A stretch of 61,713 bases of DNA, counting the filler. It is 8 parts of 8 records of this genome, joined end to end, with 100 filler letters (N's around TTAATTAATTAA, not from the genome) between each part and the next. Parts side by side here need not be neighbours in the genome. Positions count along the whole stretch, not along the records: positions 5,642 to 12,770 come from SRR31156797_37774; positions 12,871 to 24,993 come from SRR31156797_37780; 6 more parts are not named here. One strand, written 5' to 3'. Within the stretch, counting starts at the first letter, position 1. The number at the start of each line of letters is the position of its first letter. Below the pieces are notes generated by a model that ran no database searches, was not told the origin of the DNA, and saw only the letters and a program-made list of their open reading frames with translations. The position numbers and the translations under genes are program-made. This document shows, one piece after another, positions 10,494 to 20,299 of this stretch.

Positions 10494-11336
10494 TTAAAGT
10501 TCTATAATCATACCATCATATGCAAAGCATATATTCTCATAGTTTACTTCTAATTTTTTATAATCATCGTATGATTTTCCCCAATCTTCTTCTAAATGAG
10601 TTATCACTACTTTTTTAATATTATATTCTTTCTTTAGTTGAACTATCTCATCCATAGTAAACAGCTCTTCTCTTAATAAACTATCTTCTTTTAACTTATA
10701 TCCGCCTTTTAACACATCTCCAACAATAGTATCTCCTATAATCAGTAAGTCCGCATCTTTAAACTCTTGATTTTCAGGAAATGGTTTTACATCACAGGGT
10801 GCATAAATTACTTTTTTTCCATTTTGCTCAAATAAAAAAACTGATGTGCTCCCACATGGAGTAATTGTTAATTTAATATTTTCTATATTAATGCTTTCAT
10901 CAACTTCTTTTTTTACTACCAATTTTCTTACATTTTCATAATAATCAAGATATGGACCAAATTTTGAATGAATACTATTTAAATCATTCATAACATTTGG
11001 TAGTGCAAGTACCTCAATAGGGTTTTCGCATTCTTTCCCTTCAAATACCTCTAACCAGTTTAGTCTTAATTGCTCAAATACTCTAAAACCTAATACATGG
11101 TCCGGATCAGTATGACTATACAACACTCTATCTATTTCCTTAATACTACTTTCATTAATCGCATGTGCTATATCTTCAGGTGTATCAATTAGCATATTTA
11201 TATCGTGCAAAAACAATGAACACGCAAATCTTTGATATGGTCTTCCTTTATCTCTTGCTTCTTTACATACATTACAATTACATAGCGGTTTAGGAAGTGA
11301 AACGCATCCTCCGCTGCCTATTATTTCAAATTTCAT
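10494..11336 (-). CDS. MBL-fold metallohydrolase, PhnP-like
   Basis: GSGGC..PKPLCNCNVC zinc motif, IDTP, SHTDPDH and THLEE. Confidence 0.8.
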   Translation of the reverse strand: MKFEIIGSGGCVSLPKPLCNCNVCKEARDKGRPYQRFACSLFLHDINMLIDTPEDIAHAINESSIKEIDRVLYSHTDPDHVLGFRVFEQLRLNWLEVFEGKECENPIEVLALPNVMNDLNSIHSKFGPYLDYYENVRKLVVKKEVDESINIENIKLTITPCGSTSVFLFEQNGKKVIYAPCDVKPFPENQEFKDADLLIIGDTIVGDVLKGGYKLKEDSLLREELFTMDEIVQLKKEYNIKKVVITHLEEDWGKSYDDYKKLEVNYENICFAYDGMIIEL

Positions 11337-11616
11337 AATCTTCTCCTTTTTCAACACCAACCAACTTAAATTTTATCTATTATATCATTCGCATACACCA
11401 ATCTCAACACTTTTTTAGATTACAAACTTTCTAATTTAGTTTTATATCATTAATTATAAATACTTTATTTACTATTAAATGCTCATTTTTGAGTTTTAAA
11501 TAGTTAAAATAACTGAAAAACACCAGCTGATAAGTTTCTAATTGAAAAAGTAAGTGTAAAATAGTATAATTTAAGATAATAAAGGCAAACGTACATTAAT
11601 TACAAAGGGGTCAATT

Positions 11617-12513
11617 ATGAAGAATTCTATTGAACATTTACCTATAGAAAATCAAATAGAACTACAAAAAATTGCTAAAGTCTGTGAAGACGTTGCTTAT
11701 GTTGAAAAAGTAATTCTATTTGGAAGTTTTGCTCGTGGAGATTGGGTAGATGATGAATATGTTGAAGACGGGATAACGTATAGATATCAAAGTGATTATG
11801 ATTTATTAATAGTCGTTAGATCCGAAAAGGAAGCTAGACACTGTACATTAAATGGAAAGCTTGAGCGCAAAATAAAAAGGTTGGCAGAAATTAGCAGACC
11901 TATAAGCACTATCTTTCATGGTATTCAATATTTAAATCAGGAAATTGAAGATAGGAGCTATTTCTTCTATGATATATATAATGAAGGGATCATGCTCTAT
12001 GATACAGGAAATCACATTCTTTCAAAGCCTCAAGAAATTAGTAAAAGAAAACGTTATAAAAAAGCTCTTCAATATTATGATAAATGGTTTAACGATGCCG
12101 AAAGATTTCTTGATAATTATGAATATAATATTTTCCAATCTGAAAGAAAAAACGATATTCGATATCTTCATACGGGAGCTTTTACATTACATCAAACTAC
12201 CGAAAAACTTTTTTCCACAATTACGCTGACTTTTACTGATTATCGATGGAAAACACATGATTTAAATGATCTTTTTAAATATGTTAGAATTTGTGATCAA
12301 AGATTCAATACTGCATTTCCTATGCAAACAGAAGAAGAAAAAAGATTATTTAAAATCTTAAGAGATGCTTATATTGACTCAAGATATAAACTTGATTACA
12401 GTGTTGAGAAAGAAGAATTACTTTATTTAGAAGCTAGAGTAAAAATACTACGAGATTTAACTGAAAAAATCTGTAACGAAAAAATCGAAGAATTGAATAA
12501 AGATATTGAATAA
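11617..12513 (+). CDS. Fused minimal nucleotidyltransferase (MNT)-HEPN protein
   Basis: N-terminal LFGSFARGDW...SDYDLL. C-terminal HEPN with FTLHQTTE, KTHDL and AYIDSRY. Confidence 0.85.
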   Translation: MKNSIEHLPIENQIELQKIAKVCEDVAYVEKVILFGSFARGDWVDDEYVEDGITYRYQSDYDLLIVVRSEKEARHCTLNGKLERKIKRLAEISRPISTIFHGIQYLNQEIEDRSYFFYDIYNEGIMLYDTGNHILSKPQEISKRKRYKKALQYYDKWFNDAERFLDNYEYNIFQSERKNDIRYLHTGAFTLHQTTEKLFSTITLTFTDYRWKTHDLNDLFKYVRICDQRFNTAFPMQTEEEKRLFKILRDAYIDSRYKLDYSVEKEELLYLEARVKILRDLTEKICNEKIEELNKDIE

Positions 12514-12516
12514 ATT

Positions 12517-12539
12517 AAAAAGCCCCTTAATAAGGGGCT
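12517..12539. terminator. Intrinsic terminator hairpin between convergent genes
   Basis: AGCCCCTTA-A-TAAGGGGCT preceded by an A-tract, which is the U-tract on the minus strand. Confidence 0.7.
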
Positions 12540-12590
12540 ATGAGTGAGAGAATATTATATGTGTGAGTCATATAATACTCTGAGATGACA

Positions 12591-12770
12591 TTATTTTGGT
12601 TGTTGCTGTGTTACACAGTGAATCATTCCACCATATATTTGTAAATCTCTTACATCTATTCCAACCATTTCTCTATTTGGATATACCTCTTGTAATATAT
12701 CAGCTGCAACTTGATCATTAGGATCATTGTAAAATGGTACTAATACTACTGAATTTCCAACATAATAATT
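12591..12770 (-). CDS. aguA: Agmatine/peptidylarginine deiminase, C-terminal 59 aa (not in ORF track)
   Basis: Translates NYYVGNSVVLVPFYNDPNDQVA...GGMIHCVTQQQPK*, which contains the catalytic-Cys motif GGxIHCxTQQQP. Confidence 0.85.
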   Translation of the reverse strand, partial: NYYVGNSVVLVPFYNDPNDQVAADILQEVYPNREMVGIDVRDLQIYGGMIHCVTQQQPK

Positions 12771-12870
12771 NNNNNNNNNNNNNNNNNNNNNNNNNNNNNN
12801 NNNNNNNNNNNNNNTTAATTAATTAANNNNNNNNNNNNNNNNNNNNNNNNNNNNNNNNNNNNNNNNNNNN
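12771..12870. other. Artificial contig linker
   Basis: N44-TTAATTAATTAA-N44. Confidence 0.98.
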
Positions 12871-12915
12871 CTCCAGGAATTCCTTTTCATCATCCACGAG
12901 CAATACGTTTTCCAT
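12871..12915 (-). CDS. Response regulator receiver domain, first 15 codons (cut at contig end)
   Basis: MENVLLVDDEKEFLE after an AAGGAG RBS. Confidence 0.75.
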
Positions 12916-12930
12916 TTTTTTCTCCTTATC

Positions 12931-13617
12931 TTAATCGTTTTTAGCCGTTAGCTGTTGTTGTACATCCTTTGGTAAAACCAGATGAATTTCCCCTGCGCTC
13001 ACATCCTGATGGATCGTCGCTCCCAGCATTTCCAGAAGGGACGTCTCCTTTTTTGTGGGGAAGGCGGTCTTGGGAAGGTTTGTGAGCCCTTCAAGTCCGG
13101 TAAATCTGATTTCCACTGACTCCGGGCCCGTTTCAAGGGTGAGTCCCACTGTTTTCCCATCTCCTGATACGTCCATGGCAAAATCCAGTATGTGCCAGAT
13201 AAGATTATGCAAATGGAACGGCGATGTGATCACGGTGGGAAAGTCCGAGGGCGGTTGGAGTTCCAGGGTCACGCTTCGCATATCCGCCAGTCTTTGTGCC
13301 AGTCCCAGTGCCAGTTCCAGGGTTTCACGGAGGCCGACGCTCTTTATGAATTCATCCACGCTATGGGCCAGTTTGTTCAGGTTTTTGGTGATGCCGTCCG
13401 CCCGTTGAATCTGGTTTGCAATTCTTTCGGACACCACCTTGAGACGCGCCGGATCGATGGGCATGCCTTTTTCCGCCATCAGGCTGTAGTCTTCCAGAAG
13501 ACCCGCACTCTCATTGATGATCGCCATGACATTTTTAATTTCATGGGAAATGGATGCCGTCATTTTCCCGAAAAACCGAAGTTCTGTTTCCATTTCAATA
13601 CGCGATTGACGATTCAT
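12931..13617 (-). CDS. Atypical histidine kinase (HisKA with degenerate HATPase)
   Basis: H-box TASISHEIKNVMAII is present. No recognisable N-box or DxGxG/GxG boxes. Confidence 0.7.
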   Translation of the reverse strand: MNRQSRIEMETELRFFGKMTASISHEIKNVMAIINESAGLLEDYSLMAEKGMPIDPARLKVVSERIANQIQRADGITKNLNKLAHSVDEFIKSVGLRETLELALGLAQRLADMRSVTLELQPPSDFPTVITSPFHLHNLIWHILDFAMDVSGDGKTVGLTLETGPESVEIRFTGLEGLTNLPKTAFPTKKETSLLEMLGATIHQDVSAGEIHLVLPKDVQQQLTAKND

Positions 13618-13628
13618 AATCGCCCCCT

Positions 13629-13803
13629 TCATCTGCTCATAAGCTTCGACATTTTATCCATCAGTTGATCAATGTTCACGGGTTTCAACAGGTAGTAACC
13701 GGTTTGTGCGGAACCGGCTGCGTAGTCGTCCTGTGAACCGTGCCCGGTCATGAATATGAATTTCAGATACGGATATTTTGCTTTTATCTAAGAGTATGCG
13801 CAC
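13629..13803 (-). pseudogene. Response regulator pseudogene (internal deletion plus frameshift)
   Basis: GTG-RILL start, then in another frame IKAKYPYLKFIFMTGHGSQDD...YYLLKPVNIDQLMDKM...*. The acidic pocket and phospho-Asp region are absent. Confidence 0.75.
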
Positions 13804-15548
13804 GGGTTTTTCATCTCCTTTTCTTTGATGGTGAGTGGCAAGGTAATGGTGAAGGTTGTCCCTCTGTTCACTTCGCTCTTAACATCAATGGCGCCCCCCA
13901 ACTGTTCAACGAGACTGTAGGTAATGGAAAGTCCCAGCCCGGTCCCACCCTTTCCCGTCTTTGTGGAAAAAAATGGCTCAAAAACACGCTTGATATCTGT
14001 TTTCGGAATGCCGCACCCGGTATCCGAAATGGTCAGGACAATACTTTCCTTGCCTGCCGTGGAGGCCGTCACCCGAAGATGACCGTTGTTTTCCATGGCG
14101 GCAAAGGCGTTGTTGATGATGTTCAGAATAAGCTGTTGCAGCCTGCCTGCATCCGTATCCATGATGGGAAGGTTTTCGGCAATTTCAATGGAGATCCGGA
14201 TGGACCGGTATTCCGCTTCCTTGTTCAAAAACCCCAGTACCTCTCGAACCACTTCCTCCAGGTTTATGGACTGAATGCTCACATCCATATGACGGGCAAA
14301 CCCCAGCAACCGTTTGGTGATTCTGCCGCATCGGGTGACTGACTTCAGAATGGATTCCAGAAGCCCCATGAGCGTTTCGTTGTGTTTGTACTCCTCCTTG
14401 AAAATGAACAGGTCTTTCATGAGCCCTGCTTTTTCATTGATGATGGCCAGAGGATTGTTGATTTCGTGGGCCACACCGGCCGCCAGCCTTCCGATGGAAG
14501 CCATTTTGTTGGTGTATTCGATCTGGTGGAGGCTGACGATCAGTTTTTGATCAGACCGATATATCCTGTTGACCAGGTAGGTGGCTCCCCAGAGAATGAC
14601 GAACAGAATGAAAGCGACACTGATCAATAGAAATCCGATGAGTTCCTTTCGCGTATTGTCCCATGCTTTCATCAGTTCCTGCTTATGTTTGAACACCATC
14701 AGGATGAAAGGCGTATCCGTAATATACCGGTAGCCGATCACCAGGGGAACGCCCTTTTTTGTAACCCACTCGAAAACCCTTGTTTCCGGTGCGAAATCGG
14801 GTATGGGGAGGGACATGTACTCCAGAACCTTGCCATGGGAACGGGTCGGTGTCTGCAGCACCCCCTTATGATCGATCATAAACGCGTCTCCATGACCGGC
14901 GATTTCAAGGTTGGAGAGCAAATTGTCCAACTTCCCGGTATCCAGCGTGGCCCGCAAAATCCAGAAAGAGCCGTCTTCGGCAGGGTATTTTACCGCTATG
15001 ACAATCTGGGGGACCTGACGAAACCCCCGGAAGACATCGCTGATGAACTCACCCCCTTTGACCACCTGCTTAAACCATTCCTGATCGCTGTAGTCCTTTC
15101 CTAACAGATTGTAAGGGCCTGTATACACTCTCTGAATTCCGGAATGGTCAATGCAACCCAAATCCGTAAAACCGCCGAAGCTGTTCTTCAGGTTTTCAAG
15201 TACTTGCATAAGACGCTCAGGGCTTTCATCCATCCGGAAATGATTGTCATGAACAATGAAATGAAGGGCGCTCTTCCGTTCATGGAAAAAATAGGAGATG
15301 GTTCTGCGAATGTTGCTTACAAGTCTTGACGTTCTGAGGAGGATCTCCGATTCCACATGGTGGCGTGTTGTCCGGTAATCCATGAACGCCATGAATAAGA
15401 GGGGCGCCAGAACCACTGCGGACGTCACGAAAACCGCAGCAAACCAGGTGCGACGAAAATTGAACTGAGACCTGTAGGGGGTCCCGTTCAAAATGCGATG
15501 GTCCCAGAATTCCGGTTTTATCCTGTTCGGAAAGCGCATAACATTCAA
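13788..15548 (-). CDS. Cache-domain sensor histidine kinase
   Basis: Two TMs and a Cache domain, then AAGVAHEINNPL, NIINNA, DTGCGI, FEPFFSTK and GTGLGL. Confidence 0.92.
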   Translation of the reverse strand: MNVMRFPNRIKPEFWDHRILNGTPYRSQFNFRRTWFAAVFVTSAVVLAPLLFMAFMDYRTTRHHVESEILLRTSRLVSNIRRTISYFFHERKSALHFIVHDNHFRMDESPERLMQVLENLKNSFGGFTDLGCIDHSGIQRVYTGPYNLLGKDYSDQEWFKQVVKGGEFISDVFRGFRQVPQIVIAVKYPAEDGSFWILRATLDTGKLDNLLSNLEIAGHGDAFMIDHKGVLQTPTRSHGKVLEYMSLPIPDFAPETRVFEWVTKKGVPLVIGYRYITDTPFILMVFKHKQELMKAWDNTRKELIGFLLISVAFILFVILWGATYLVNRIYRSDQKLIVSLHQIEYTNKMASIGRLAAGVAHEINNPLAIINEKAGLMKDLFIFKEEYKHNETLMGLLESILKSVTRCGRITKRLLGFARHMDVSIQSINLEEVVREVLGFLNKEAEYRSIRISIEIAENLPIMDTDAGRLQQLILNIINNAFAAMENNGHLRVTASTAGKESIVLTISDTGCGIPKTDIKRVFEPFFSTKTGKGGTGLGLSITYSLVEQLGGAIDVKSEVNRGTTFTITLPLTIKEKEMKNPCAYS

Positions 15549-15571
15549 GGCTTCGGATTCCGAAACCGTCC

Positions 15572-16798
15572 CTAGTCCCGGGGGTTTGTCTTCTCTCGGA
15601 TCTTTTCATTGGCTTTTTTGAGGGTATCCGTTAAGACCGCGATATCCACAGGTTTTTGGAGATAGGCAAAGGCCCCCAGGTCCATGCAGACTTTCCTGTC
15701 GGCCTCCGAACCGTGGCCCGTGAGGATGATCACTTCAATTTCGGGACTACTCTTTTTGACACGTCTCAGCACCTCAATGCCGTCGATGCCGGGCATTTTG
15801 AGGTCGAGAATCATGACTTCAGGTTCATCGTTGTTGACCAGCTTAAGGGCCGACTCACCATCATAGGCGACGGCCGAACCCATATCCCGCATGAGCAGCC
15901 TTTCCGAAAGGGTCTGTACAAACTCCCTTTCATCGTCCACCAGAAGCACTTTAGACGGCGCCTGAAAATCGACTTTTCGATAGATGTCCGATTGATGGTA
16001 GTTTTTGCCCACCTTTGTGTTGACCGACAAAACGCCGGGAACCCGGGCCGCAATGGATTTAAGTTCATCCTCAAGACGGCTCAGCATGAGTACATGTTTA
16101 TTGATGGTAATGGTGATCACCCCATCAACGGCATCCACTTCCGCATTGTGTCCCTCCCTTGTGAGCGCTGCACCCACCGTGGCCGCCAGCAGAAAATCCT
16201 GCGCGGCTTTTCGTGATGTGTCGTTGGGTTGAAGCGGATCGCTTTTCAAATGGTCATGGATGGTGGAAACGGCCTGTGCCGCATCCGTCTTATCCATGGG
16301 AATCACCATGTCATAAAGCAACTCATGCCACGGGTCAGCTGTTTCAAAATGTATTTGCACCCAATTGGCCCGGTCCTCATCCTGTTTTCGAATCAGGGCC
16401 GCGGCATCTTTTTCAGACATGCCCATTTCCGAGGCAGCCTTGTTTTTTCTGAATTTCAGATCGGCAATCAGGCAGACACGGAGTACATGGGAAATATTTT
16501 GAGGAATGAGCTGACTTGAAAAACCGCTGAAAGTAACCTGATCTTCCACAAGCATCTGAGCAACCGCCAGCTTCATATGGGCGATGGAACGCTCCTTTTC
16601 ATGGGTGAAATTGTTGAAAACGGATGCTTTGGCGAAAAATGCCCGTTCCATTTTGCTCTCTGCAATACCGCAAAGACCGCTCGCCTTTTTAACGATATCA
16701 CTGTCGGATGCAATCTCATAGCCGATTTGCTTATGAAGTTCCTGAACAACGGGTTCCTGCATGCAAAATGTACCGCTGAAAATACCGATAACGGGCAT
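15572..16798 (-). CDS. Cytidylate-kinase-like / BON-like / receiver-domain response regulator
   Basis: The N-terminal region resembles Cytidylate_kin2 (LRVCLIA...YDMVIP). C-terminal REC: VLLVDDE, LDLKMPG, LTGHG, KP. Start placed at the ATG after AAGGAG. Confidence 0.75.
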   Translation of the reverse strand: MPVIGIFSGTFCMQEPVVQELHKQIGYEIASDSDIVKKASGLCGIAESKMERAFFAKASVFNNFTHEKERSIAHMKLAVAQMLVEDQVTFSGFSSQLIPQNISHVLRVCLIADLKFRKNKAASEMGMSEKDAAALIRKQDEDRANWVQIHFETADPWHELLYDMVIPMDKTDAAQAVSTIHDHLKSDPLQPNDTSRKAAQDFLLAATVGAALTREGHNAEVDAVDGVITITINKHVLMLSRLEDELKSIAARVPGVLSVNTKVGKNYHQSDIYRKVDFQAPSKVLLVDDEREFVQTLSERLLMRDMGSAVAYDGESALKLVNNDEPEVMILDLKMPGIDGIEVLRRVKKSSPEIEVIILTGHGSEADRKVCMDLGAFAYLQKPVDIAVLTDTLKKANEKIREKTNPRD

Positions 16799-16939
16799 GT
16801 GCTGACTCCTTATTCTGGCATGGTTTAGGATGGGCCATTCACGGGTTGCGGGCGATGACACACCGTCAGGGCACAATTTCTCTCTACCACCTTTGAGCGT
16901 CTTTTCATGAACGGATTGAATTGGCGTTTCCATTGTTGG

Positions 16940-17521
16940 TTAAACATTTATAAGCATTCTTCTGCAACCGGCGATCAATTCGCTGGACAGTGCGCCTGCA
17001 TTATATAGGTTGTAGCTGTTGAAACGTACCAGTCCGTCGGTCAGGGTAAAAAGAATCATCGCGGTTTTTCGGGTAGACATGGCGCCGATGGAGCCATCTT
17101 CCTGCCCCAAATTAACAGCCCTTTCAAAGATGTTCACAAGTCCGTTGTAGGTGTCCTCAAGATATTCCCTGCAGACCGGGTTCACTTCGGCCAGTTCATA
17201 GGCGTCATGACGATGCAGTAACATGAAAAGGCTGGGATTATGGCCGGCCATATGGAGATAAAAAAAGATGACATCCTCAACCATATCAAGGCCGGTTTTA
17301 AATTGTTTTTTGGCGGTATATTCATCAAATTCGTTGATGATTTTTAATTTGACCGTTTCCAGAACGGATAGGAAAAGCGTTTCTTTGCTTTTGAAATGGT
17401 AGAATATGGTCCCTTCCGCGGCACCTGTCATTTTGGACAGTTCAGCCATGGATGCATCCTTGAACCCTTTTTTCGCAAAGAGCCATGTGGCAGCCTGGAG
17501 GATAGATTCTTTTTTTGACAT
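16940..17521 (-). CDS. TetR/AcrR family regulator
   Basis: HTH: ILQAATWLFAKKGF...GAAEGTIFYHFKSKETL. Confidence 0.92.
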   Translation of the reverse strand: MSKKESILQAATWLFAKKGFKDASMAELSKMTGAAEGTIFYHFKSKETLFLSVLETVKLKIINEFDEYTAKKQFKTGLDMVEDVIFFYLHMAGHNPSLFMLLHRHDAYELAEVNPVCREYLEDTYNGLVNIFERAVNLGQEDGSIGAMSTRKTAMILFTLTDGLVRFNSYNLYNAGALSSELIAGCRRMLINV

Positions 17522-17551
17522 GATGCCAGCCTCAAAATTTTGAAAAATCAA

Positions 17552-17567
17552 CTGAGTGCTCAGTCAG
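17552..17567. promoter_or_regulatory. Putative TetR operator 1
   Basis: CTGAGT-GCTC-AGTCAG, a near-palindrome 30 bp upstream of the TetR ATG. Confidence 0.6.
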
Positions 17568-17694
17568 GTTAAACCTTATGGAATTTTTTTGAGGAGGTCA
17601 AGCGAAAAATTGAATAAAAATAGATCATTAAAGATATGTCTTGCGTAAAAATCCAGCGTAAAGAAGAAATGGGATGGAAATTCTTCATCATAAA

Positions 17695-17710
17695 CTGAGT
17701 GCCTACTCAG
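17695..17710. promoter_or_regulatory. Putative TetR operator 2
   Basis: CTGAGT-GCCT-ACTCAG, a perfect 6-4-6 palindrome matching operator 1. Confidence 0.6.
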
Positions 17711-17743
17711 GTTTTATGGCTCGAATAAGGTGAGATATTTATA

Positions 17744-19171
17744 CTACAGGATATCCCCCGGCTCATATCGAGAATCTTCCGCATAGCGGTCAAGCAGGGG
17801 AGATGCTTTTTGGGCGACCTGTTCCATCTGCTCGGTGGCGTTTCCCACAAAGTGTTTCTTATCCGCTAAAATGCCGTTGATCCGGTCTTCGGTGATACCG
17901 GCCCTTTTGAAAACTTCATCATTGGCCAGCCTTCCGGACAACCGGGGTGATACCCCCTCCCGGCGCATGGCCATGGCTTCGGCAACGGCATGGCGTTTGA
18001 TGGCTTCATGGGCTTTTTCCCGGCCGACACCGGCTTTCACGGCCGTCATGAGGATCTCGGTACTGGCAAGAAACGGAAGGTATCGATTTACTTCATTTTC
18101 GATAATCACCGGGTAGGCGCCCATGTTTAAAAGGACCGTAAGGGTGGTTTCGCACAGGCCGTCCGAGGCGTAAAGCGCATCCGGCATGACAATCCTCCGC
18201 ACCACCGAACAGGATACGTCCCCTTCTTCCCACTGGTCCCCCGCCAACCGGGAGGCGCCGTCGGTGTACATCTTGATCAGGGCGGAAAAACCGCAGATCC
18301 GCTCGGCGCTACGCGTATTCATCTTATGGGGCATGGCGCTGCTTCCCACCTGTCCTTCCTGGAAACCTTCGGTTACCAGTTCATAGCCGCTCATGAGACG
18401 CATGCCTTTGGCGAAATTCTCGCAAGCGGACCCCATGAAAGCCAGTTGGGACAGGAGCGCGTAATCAAGGGACCTGGGATATACCTGGCCCGTGGAATCC
18501 AGGACCCGTTCAAACCCTAAGGTTTGGGCCACCATTTTTTCCAGCATGTGGACTTTCTCAGGGTCTCCCAGCAGGGTGAGCATATCAAACTGGGTGCCCA
18601 CGGGACCTTTGATGCCGCGAAGGGGATAAGCGGTCAGGAAATTCTCGAAATTGAACATGTGGGTCAGCAGTTCTTCGGCCCACATGGAAAACCGCCGTCC
18701 CAGGAGGGTCGGTTGTGCGGCCTGGTGGTGGGTTCGGGCCGTCAGGACAATGTCGCGGTATTTCCAAGCACAATCCAGCATATGCCTGAGAACGGACACA
18801 TAGCGGCCCAGGATGATCCGGGAGGCCTTCTTGAACTGCATCTGCTCCACATTGTCGGTGAGATCGCGGCTGGTCATGCCCTTGTGAATATGTTCGTCCT
18901 TTCCCGAAGCCTTTACAAATGCTTCGATTTTGGCCTTGACGTCGTGTTTGGTTTCAACCTCCCGCTGTTGGATGAAGTCCAGGTCAATGTCATCCCTTGC
19001 AGCTTCATAACCTTCGATCACGTCTGCGGGAATGGAGATCCCAAGTTTTTTCTGGGCTTTCATCACGGCAATCCAGAGTTCCCTTTCGGCCAGGATTCTC
19101 CCCTTCTCGGAAAAGATGCCGTTGATTTCGGGGCCGGCATATCGTTGAGATAATACATTGATGTTTGACAT
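17744..19171 (-). CDS. purB: Adenylosuccinate lyase
   Basis: Fumarase/ASL signature GSSAMPHKMN, plus HDVKA, HKGMTSRD and AQPTLLGRR. Confidence 0.93.
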   Translation of the reverse strand: MSNINVLSQRYAGPEINGIFSEKGRILAERELWIAVMKAQKKLGISIPADVIEGYEAARDDIDLDFIQQREVETKHDVKAKIEAFVKASGKDEHIHKGMTSRDLTDNVEQMQFKKASRIILGRYVSVLRHMLDCAWKYRDIVLTARTHHQAAQPTLLGRRFSMWAEELLTHMFNFENFLTAYPLRGIKGPVGTQFDMLTLLGDPEKVHMLEKMVAQTLGFERVLDSTGQVYPRSLDYALLSQLAFMGSACENFAKGMRLMSGYELVTEGFQEGQVGSSAMPHKMNTRSAERICGFSALIKMYTDGASRLAGDQWEEGDVSCSVVRRIVMPDALYASDGLCETTLTVLLNMGAYPVIIENEVNRYLPFLASTEILMTAVKAGVGREKAHEAIKRHAVAEAMAMRREGVSPRLSGRLANDEVFKRAGITEDRINGILADKKHFVGNATEQMEQVAQKASPLLDRYAEDSRYEPGDIL

Positions 19172-19390
19172 TTTTTCTCCTCCGACCGGTTGAAACCGGC
19201 GGTTTATTTTAGAATGGTCCATATTTACATGAAAATGGTTTAAGGGGAAAGTTTAAAAAGAGATTATCATGGATCTGAACCGTGAAATTGAATTTCCTTC
19301 TTGACTCGGTCCGTTTGCCTGCTCTATCTTCCCCTGATTGGATCTTAAATTGGCGACACCTTAAATAAATTCCGGCAATAGTCAAGCATT

Positions 19391-20179
19391 ATGATACCAT
19401 TTCCGAAGATTGATCCCAGTATCATCGAACTGGGGCCGTTTAAACTCAGGTGGTACGGCCTCATGTACGTCCTGGGGTTTCTGGCGGCATATTTTCTGAT
19501 CGGTGTGCAGAAGGGTGCGCGCCGTCTGGGGCTCCAGGGGAAATTGTTGCAGGATTTGATTTTTTATATGGCCTTGGGATTGGTGGTGGGGGCGCGTCTC
19601 GGGTATGTTCTTTTTTACCAGTTTGCAAATCTGGGGTATTATCTTCAGCATCCCATGGAGATTATTGCCGTCTGGCACGGCGGCATGTCTTTCCATGGCG
19701 GCTTTATCGGTGTCGTGCTGGCGAGTATCCTGTTTTGCCGGGTGAAAGGTCTGCCCTTTCTGCAACTGGCGGACGTGGTCATTGTGACGGCGCCGGTGGG
19801 TCTTTTTTTCGGCCGCATGGGAAATTTCATCAACGGCGAGCTGTACGGCCGGGCCACATCGGTTCCCTGGGCCATGGTGTTCCCCTCAAGTCCCGGTGTG
19901 CCGCGACACCCGTCACAGCTGTATGAGGCGGGTCTTGAAGGCGTGGTTCTCTTTACTGTTTTATGGCTGCTCAAAGATCGTATCAAACGCCCCGGCGCTT
20001 TGGTGGCCCTTTTCCTTGCCGGATATGGTGCCATGCGCTTTGTGGTGGAATTTTTCAGGGAGCCGGACGCTCACATCGGGCTGTTTCTGGGATTGTTATC
20101 CATGGGACAGTTCCTCTGTCTGGCCATGATCCTGGCGGCTTGTGTTCTCTGGATGTTCTTGCCGGGCGGTGGGAAATAA
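19391..20179 (+). CDS. lgt: Prolipoprotein diacylglyceryl transferase
   Basis: Motifs RWYGLMY, GARLGYV, GGMSFHGG, GRMGNFINGELYGR, HPSQLYE and EFFREPD. Confidence 0.96.
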   Translation: MIPFPKIDPSIIELGPFKLRWYGLMYVLGFLAAYFLIGVQKGARRLGLQGKLLQDLIFYMALGLVVGARLGYVLFYQFANLGYYLQHPMEIIAVWHGGMSFHGGFIGVVLASILFCRVKGLPFLQLADVVIVTAPVGLFFGRMGNFINGELYGRATSVPWAMVFPSSPGVPRHPSQLYEAGLEGVVLFTVLWLLKDRIKRPGALVALFLAGYGAMRFVVEFFREPDAHIGLFLGLLSMGQFLCLAMILAACVLWMFLPGGGK

Positions 20180-20299
20180 GTGATTCTAAATGAATGTGAA
20201 ATCCAAAGAAAAGGCTTTACATTGGGCAATTGATTGATAAAATTATGCTGTTTTATCACGGATTTTTTCTGAAAGCTTTTGAGGAGGGATATCATTAAG

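Noticed and set aside
7875..11336. Integron cassette array
   Set aside because: The genes overlap or are 15-40 bp apart, with no attC-like structures and no integrase.
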